Shown in pieces: positions 63,222 through 64,000 of a stretch of DNA of 64,000 bases (within the stretch, counting starts at the first letter, position 1; every line of letters begins with the position of its first letter). Below the pieces are notes generated by a model, which had not been told where the DNA came from, made no database searches, and saw nothing but the letters and a program-made list of their open reading frames with translations. Origin of the DNA: Chloroflexota bacterium (lineage in GTDB: Bacteria; Chloroflexota; Dehalococcoidia; Lucifugimonadales; SAR202-VII-2). The position numbers and the translations under genes were made by a program. The stretch covers positions 85,175 to 149,174 of the forward strand of contig QEVV01000004.1 in assembly GCA_003228115.1 (NCBI GenBank), read 5' to 3'.

Positions 63222-64000
63222 TCACCCCAGCCGAAACACCAAGTACAAACCCAAGACATACACGGCCACAATCGACCCACTGCTCAGCTGAGTCGCCAAC
63301 GCCGACCGCGCCCCTTTACGAAGCATCAGAATCTGCGCTGTTCCCATGATAATCAGCCCGCAAGCAATAAGCCCCGCCACCATGTGGCTGCTGTCCAGCG
63401 CCGCAAACAACGACCCCTTGGGGTACGCAATATCAGCGATACCAAGGGCCATTACATTGAAGGCGTTGCTGCCATAGATGCCAGCCAGCGCAAGATCGGG
63501 CGCCCCCATCCGCAACGCCATCGCCGTTGCCGTCATCTCCGGCAGCGTGGTGACGATGGAAACCATCAAAACGCCGACAAAGCTCTGTGACAGACCCGAC
63601 TCCGCAGCGATCCCATTGGCTGCGTTGGCCAAAAGCGGCGCTGCAAGAAAGATGGCCGCCGCGCAGGCCGCGAATACCAGCACTCCCCAACGCAGGGTGT
63701 GCTCACCCTCCCCCGCTTCCTCCTGATAGGCATCCCCTTCCCCGGAAGAAACCTTTTTCAGGACCCATGAAGCCACTATATAGAGAAAGATAAGCAACGG
63801 CCCGGCAATGCTGATCCCTGTGACCACGTCTAAACGAACGATGGTGAACGCCGTGGCCGCTCCGGTCATAGCAATGGCCAGAAAGGCAACGAACACCTGC
63901 TGGGGCACGATCGATTGAAAGAGGTAGCGCCCTCCCAGCAACAGGGCCATAGCGGAGAGGGTGGCCATGTTTAACATGTTGGCCCCGAATATGTTCCCCG
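63222..64000 (-). CDS. CaCA-family sodium/calcium exchanger membrane protein, N-terminus outside window
   Basis: ORF 63222..63977. The frame continues to the window edge (..GNIFGANMLN). Alpha-repeat-like GSNAFNV motif and multiple TM segments. Confidence 0.7.
   Translation of the reverse strand, partial: GNIFGANMLNMATLSAMALLLGGRYLFQSIVPQQVFVAFLAIAMTGAATAFTIVRLDVVTGISIAGPLLIFLYIVASWVLKKVSSGEGDAYQEEAGEGEHTLRWGVLVFAACAAAIFLAAPLLANAANGIAAESGLSQSFVGVLMVSIVTTLPEMTATAMALRMGAPDLALAGIYGSNAFNVMALGIADIAYPKGSLFAALDSSHMVAGLIACGLIIMGTAQILMLRKGARSALATQLSSGSIVAVYVLGLYLVFRLG

Noticed and set aside
1-64000. Prophage, integrative element or defence island spanning part of the window.
   Set aside because: No integrase, transposase, phage structural gene, restriction-modification gene or cas gene was recognised. 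Apart from the small islet at 8505..9659, composition looks uniform by eye.

Overview
GC-rich (about 60% by eye) bacterial chromosomal segment with about 57 protein-coding genes. I found no rRNA, tRNA, CRISPR array, transposase or integrase. Housekeeping genes (lexA, moeA, selA, glnS, priA, rplS, amt, nadX-like) are interleaved with many amide- and ring-cleaving catabolic modules: amidohydrolase-2, hydantoinase A/B, amidase, M20 peptidase, isochorismatase-like, PuuE-like deacetylase, MmgE/PrpD, LLM oxidoreductase and DUF35+thiolase. That profile resembles Chloroflexota-type heterotrophs, but the taxon cannot be verified here. Four things stand out beyond the ORF track. (1) Downstream of amt, two tandem, separately terminated genes encode an identical 28-aa membrane peptide. 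They differ only by synonymous changes, and both share with amt a helically phased nnAAC pentamer array resembling actinobacterial GlnR boxes. (2) A roughly 95-125 nt structured intergenic repeat occurs 18 times, always in the same orientation, with compensatory changes in one hairpin, and in places forms 150-190 bp periodic arrays. (3) A PAS-LuxR regulator is broken by two compensating frameshifts. (4) An amidohydrolase plus DUF3891-like cassette is tandemly duplicated, and an orphan HEPN-motif gene sits in an AT-richer islet. Several other small hairpin repeat families, intrinsic terminators and candidate operators are listed. All family calls rest on motif recognition by eye, not on searches.
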